A stretch of DNA of 62,988 bases, filler included, from Olpidium bornovanus S191 (Eukaryota; Fungi; Olpidiomycota), in assembly GCA_017911155.1 (NCBI GenBank). It is 26 parts of 26 records of this genome, joined end to end, with 100 filler letters (N's around TTAATTAATTAA, not from the genome) between each part and the next. Parts side by side here need not be neighbours in the genome. Positions count along the whole stretch, not along the records: positions 59,501 to 62,988 come from JAEFCI010000701.1; 25 more parts are not named here. One strand, given 5' to 3'. Below the pieces are notes generated by a model. It ran no database searches. It saw only the letters and a program-made list of their open reading frames with translations, and had not been told where the DNA came from. Position numbers and translations under genes: made by a program. This document shows positions 60,914-62,988 of this stretch, piece by piece; position 1 is the stretch's first letter, and the number at the start of each line of letters is the position of its first letter.

Positions 60914-62988
60914 GGGGGGGGGGGGGGGGGTGGGCGGGAGGCGAAAGGTGGGACGTGCAGAATTTCTGCGACTCACCGAGGTTTTTCTCGACGAGGCGCA
61001 GCCTCTTGTCCACTGCGTGCATCATGTTCTCCAGCTCCTCGGTGTCGCCCGGCCACGGCGGGAGCGGCTGCGGGACGCGGCGCTGCTGCTGCTGCTGCTC
61101 GTAGAACGCGAGGCGGCCTCCCTCCTCCTCCTCCTCCTCCTCCTCCTCCTCCACCCCTTCGCCCGCCGGCGGCAGTTTGGCGCCGCCGCCGCCGCCGCCG
61201 CCCCGCCGCCGCTGCTCCGCGGCGCGCCTCGGGGACCGACGGCCCTGCGCGGCCTCCTCGCGCTCCCGCGCCCTGGCCCAGCCCTCGGCCTCCTCCATCC
61301 GCGCGACCGTCCGCACCTTTGCGGCGAACGTCGGCTCGGCGTAGCGGACCGCGGGGAAGAGGCCGCCGCCGTCCGCCCCGCCGGTGCCGCGGCTCGTCGC
61401 CGCCGTCGACCCGCGCCAGTGGTACACCGGGTTCCGCAGCGCCGCCCGTAGCGCCCGCACGGCCGCCTGGATCTTGGTGGGGAGCGGCGGGCCGGCGTAC
61501 GGAGCCCCGAGGATGTCCTCCGCCGCGAGCTCGTCGCGCCCGGCCTCCGCCAGGTTCTCGCCGTCCCGCTCCGACGACCGGCTCTCCTCCGCTGCGCCTC
61601 CGGCGGCGTTCGCGTTCTCGCTCTCCGCTCCGCCGCCTCCGCCTCCGCTACCCGTCACGAGCTCCCCGGAGGTGATGTGCACGCTCGTCAAGAACGTGCG
61701 GTCCTTGGCCTCCGGCTCGTAAACCAGCACGTTCCGACTCGCTTCGCCTCCGCCGTCGGACGCCGCGGGAGCCTGCTCGCGGACCGCGCCAAGCTCCTCC
61801 TCCTCCTCCTCCTCCTCCTCCTCCTCCTCCTTCTCGTTTTCCAGTTCGCCGTCCTGCGTCTCCTGCGAAGTAAATCCCGGCAGTCTCCGGAGGCCGCCCG
61901 GCTTCCTGCCGAATCCGCCGCCGAGCCCGCCGCCGGCTCTGAAGCCCGGGCAGCCTCGCCCCGCAAACGGCCCTCTCGCGGCTTCGCCCTCTGACGGCAA
62001 ATCTCTTCCTGCCTCCTCCTCCCCCGCCGCTTCTTTCGGCGCGCCTTCGTCCCCGGATCGCCGCCCGCTGCCCGGCCTTCCGCGCTCCTCGTCGTCCCCG
62101 CGCGCGGCCTGCCCGAGCATCTCGTCGATCCTGGCCTCGGACATCTTCGGCGGACTCCTAGCCACAGACTCGTCCACGCTGATGAAGTCGTGGTGGTTTG
62201 CCGGCGCCTTGATTCCGTCGCGGTGGCGACGGAGCCTGCTCTTCCAAGACTGGAACTTCGGCAGCCCCTTTGGTTTCGAGAACACCACGTCGGCCACCTG
62301 GATGTCGTAAAACGTCGGCAGGACGATCAGCGGGTCAAAGTTCGACAGGTGCATCGGCGTCGACGGCCTGTCTGCTTTGGTGTCGAACGCGTCGAAGGCG
62401 GGCGGCAAACACTGTCAGGGCGCGCGAGGTCCGGGGTCCTCGAAATTTCGGCGGTCGCGTGCAAAGTTCACAAAAGCCTCCCCGACGAGACGCGGAAGGG
62501 TCCGCCGAGCAAACCGGAAAACACGCCGCGTTTACCGCTGAATTGCTCCTCTCAGGCCGGCCGCCGGCCCACGCAAAACGACAAATTCCCGACCTGGGAC
62601 AAAAGGCTGGTTCGCGGGCGGCGCGCCGCGTCGGCATCGTCGGACGTTTTGGACAACGGGGTTCCCTTCCAGGTAGAGTTTTCGAAGGACGGGGAGGGGG
62701 ACGACGCCCATGAGGTGTTCTTCCGTTCTGATGCAGTTGAACGCCAGGGACAGCTCCTCGAGGCACAGGAAGCCGTGGTACGACAGCGAGGCATCTTCGC
62801 GGAGAGACCAGTCCTCGTTGTGCAGATCGGATATCGACAGAAACTTGACGGAATTTATGTGGTTGTGGTTCAGGTTCAGGATCCTCAGGCTGCGTGTGCG
62901 CGAGAGGCGCACGAGCGAAAGGGACGGTCAATGATCAAAATGAACCCCGTTACGTAGGCTATCGCGGCGCCGGAAACACGGATCATGA
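60613..62988 (-). CDS. XRRA1: XRRA1-like LRR protein, 5' end beyond the window
   Basis: LRRs LRILNLNHNHI and FLCLEELSLAFNCIRTEEHLMGVVPLPVLRKLYLEGNPVV resemble XRRA1 (FP.LETLSLAYN.I..E..V..V..FP.L......NP). Downstream LPTKIQAAVRALRAALRNP and C-terminal coiled-coil exons; stop at 60613. Confidence 0.6.

Overview
This is eukaryotic genomic DNA, GC-rich and intron-containing. It is not a contiguous locus: 26 short contigs (about 1-7 kb) are joined by 25 artificial 100-bp spacers (N44-TTAATTAATTAA-N44, stops in all six frames), so adjacency across gaps means nothing. Gene content points to an early-diverging, probably zoosporic (flagellated) fungus: fungal Bub2, Amn1 and Kgd4, GDP-mannose dehydratase and an XRRA1-like gene. 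An Olpidium-like root parasite is my guess only. Recognisable, mostly partial, spliced genes are a CAMKL (Kin1/MARK-like) kinase, Amn1-like LRR protein, Fmp32/CCDC90, Kgd4/MRPS36, a nitrate-reductase-architecture enzyme, GMD, a secreted Cu/Zn SOD, a BRCT-like protein, the Prp8 C-terminus, Scc2/NIPBL, an I78/I13-type protease inhibitor, a type I membrane protein, a secreted Thr/Val-rich mucin/adhesin-like protein, Bub2, RMND1/Mrx10, Rtp1/TANGO6 and XRRA1. There are also fossils of Ty1/copia (two), Ty3/gypsy and a PIF/Harbinger-type (Plant_tran) transposase. The most intriguing locus encodes four intact cyclic-nucleotide-binding domains fused to an F-box and LRRs, a candidate cNMP-gated SCF substrate receptor. 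The most striking sequence-level pattern is that 18 of 52 contig ends fall exactly on CATG. All family assignments come from motif recognition by eye; no searches were run.
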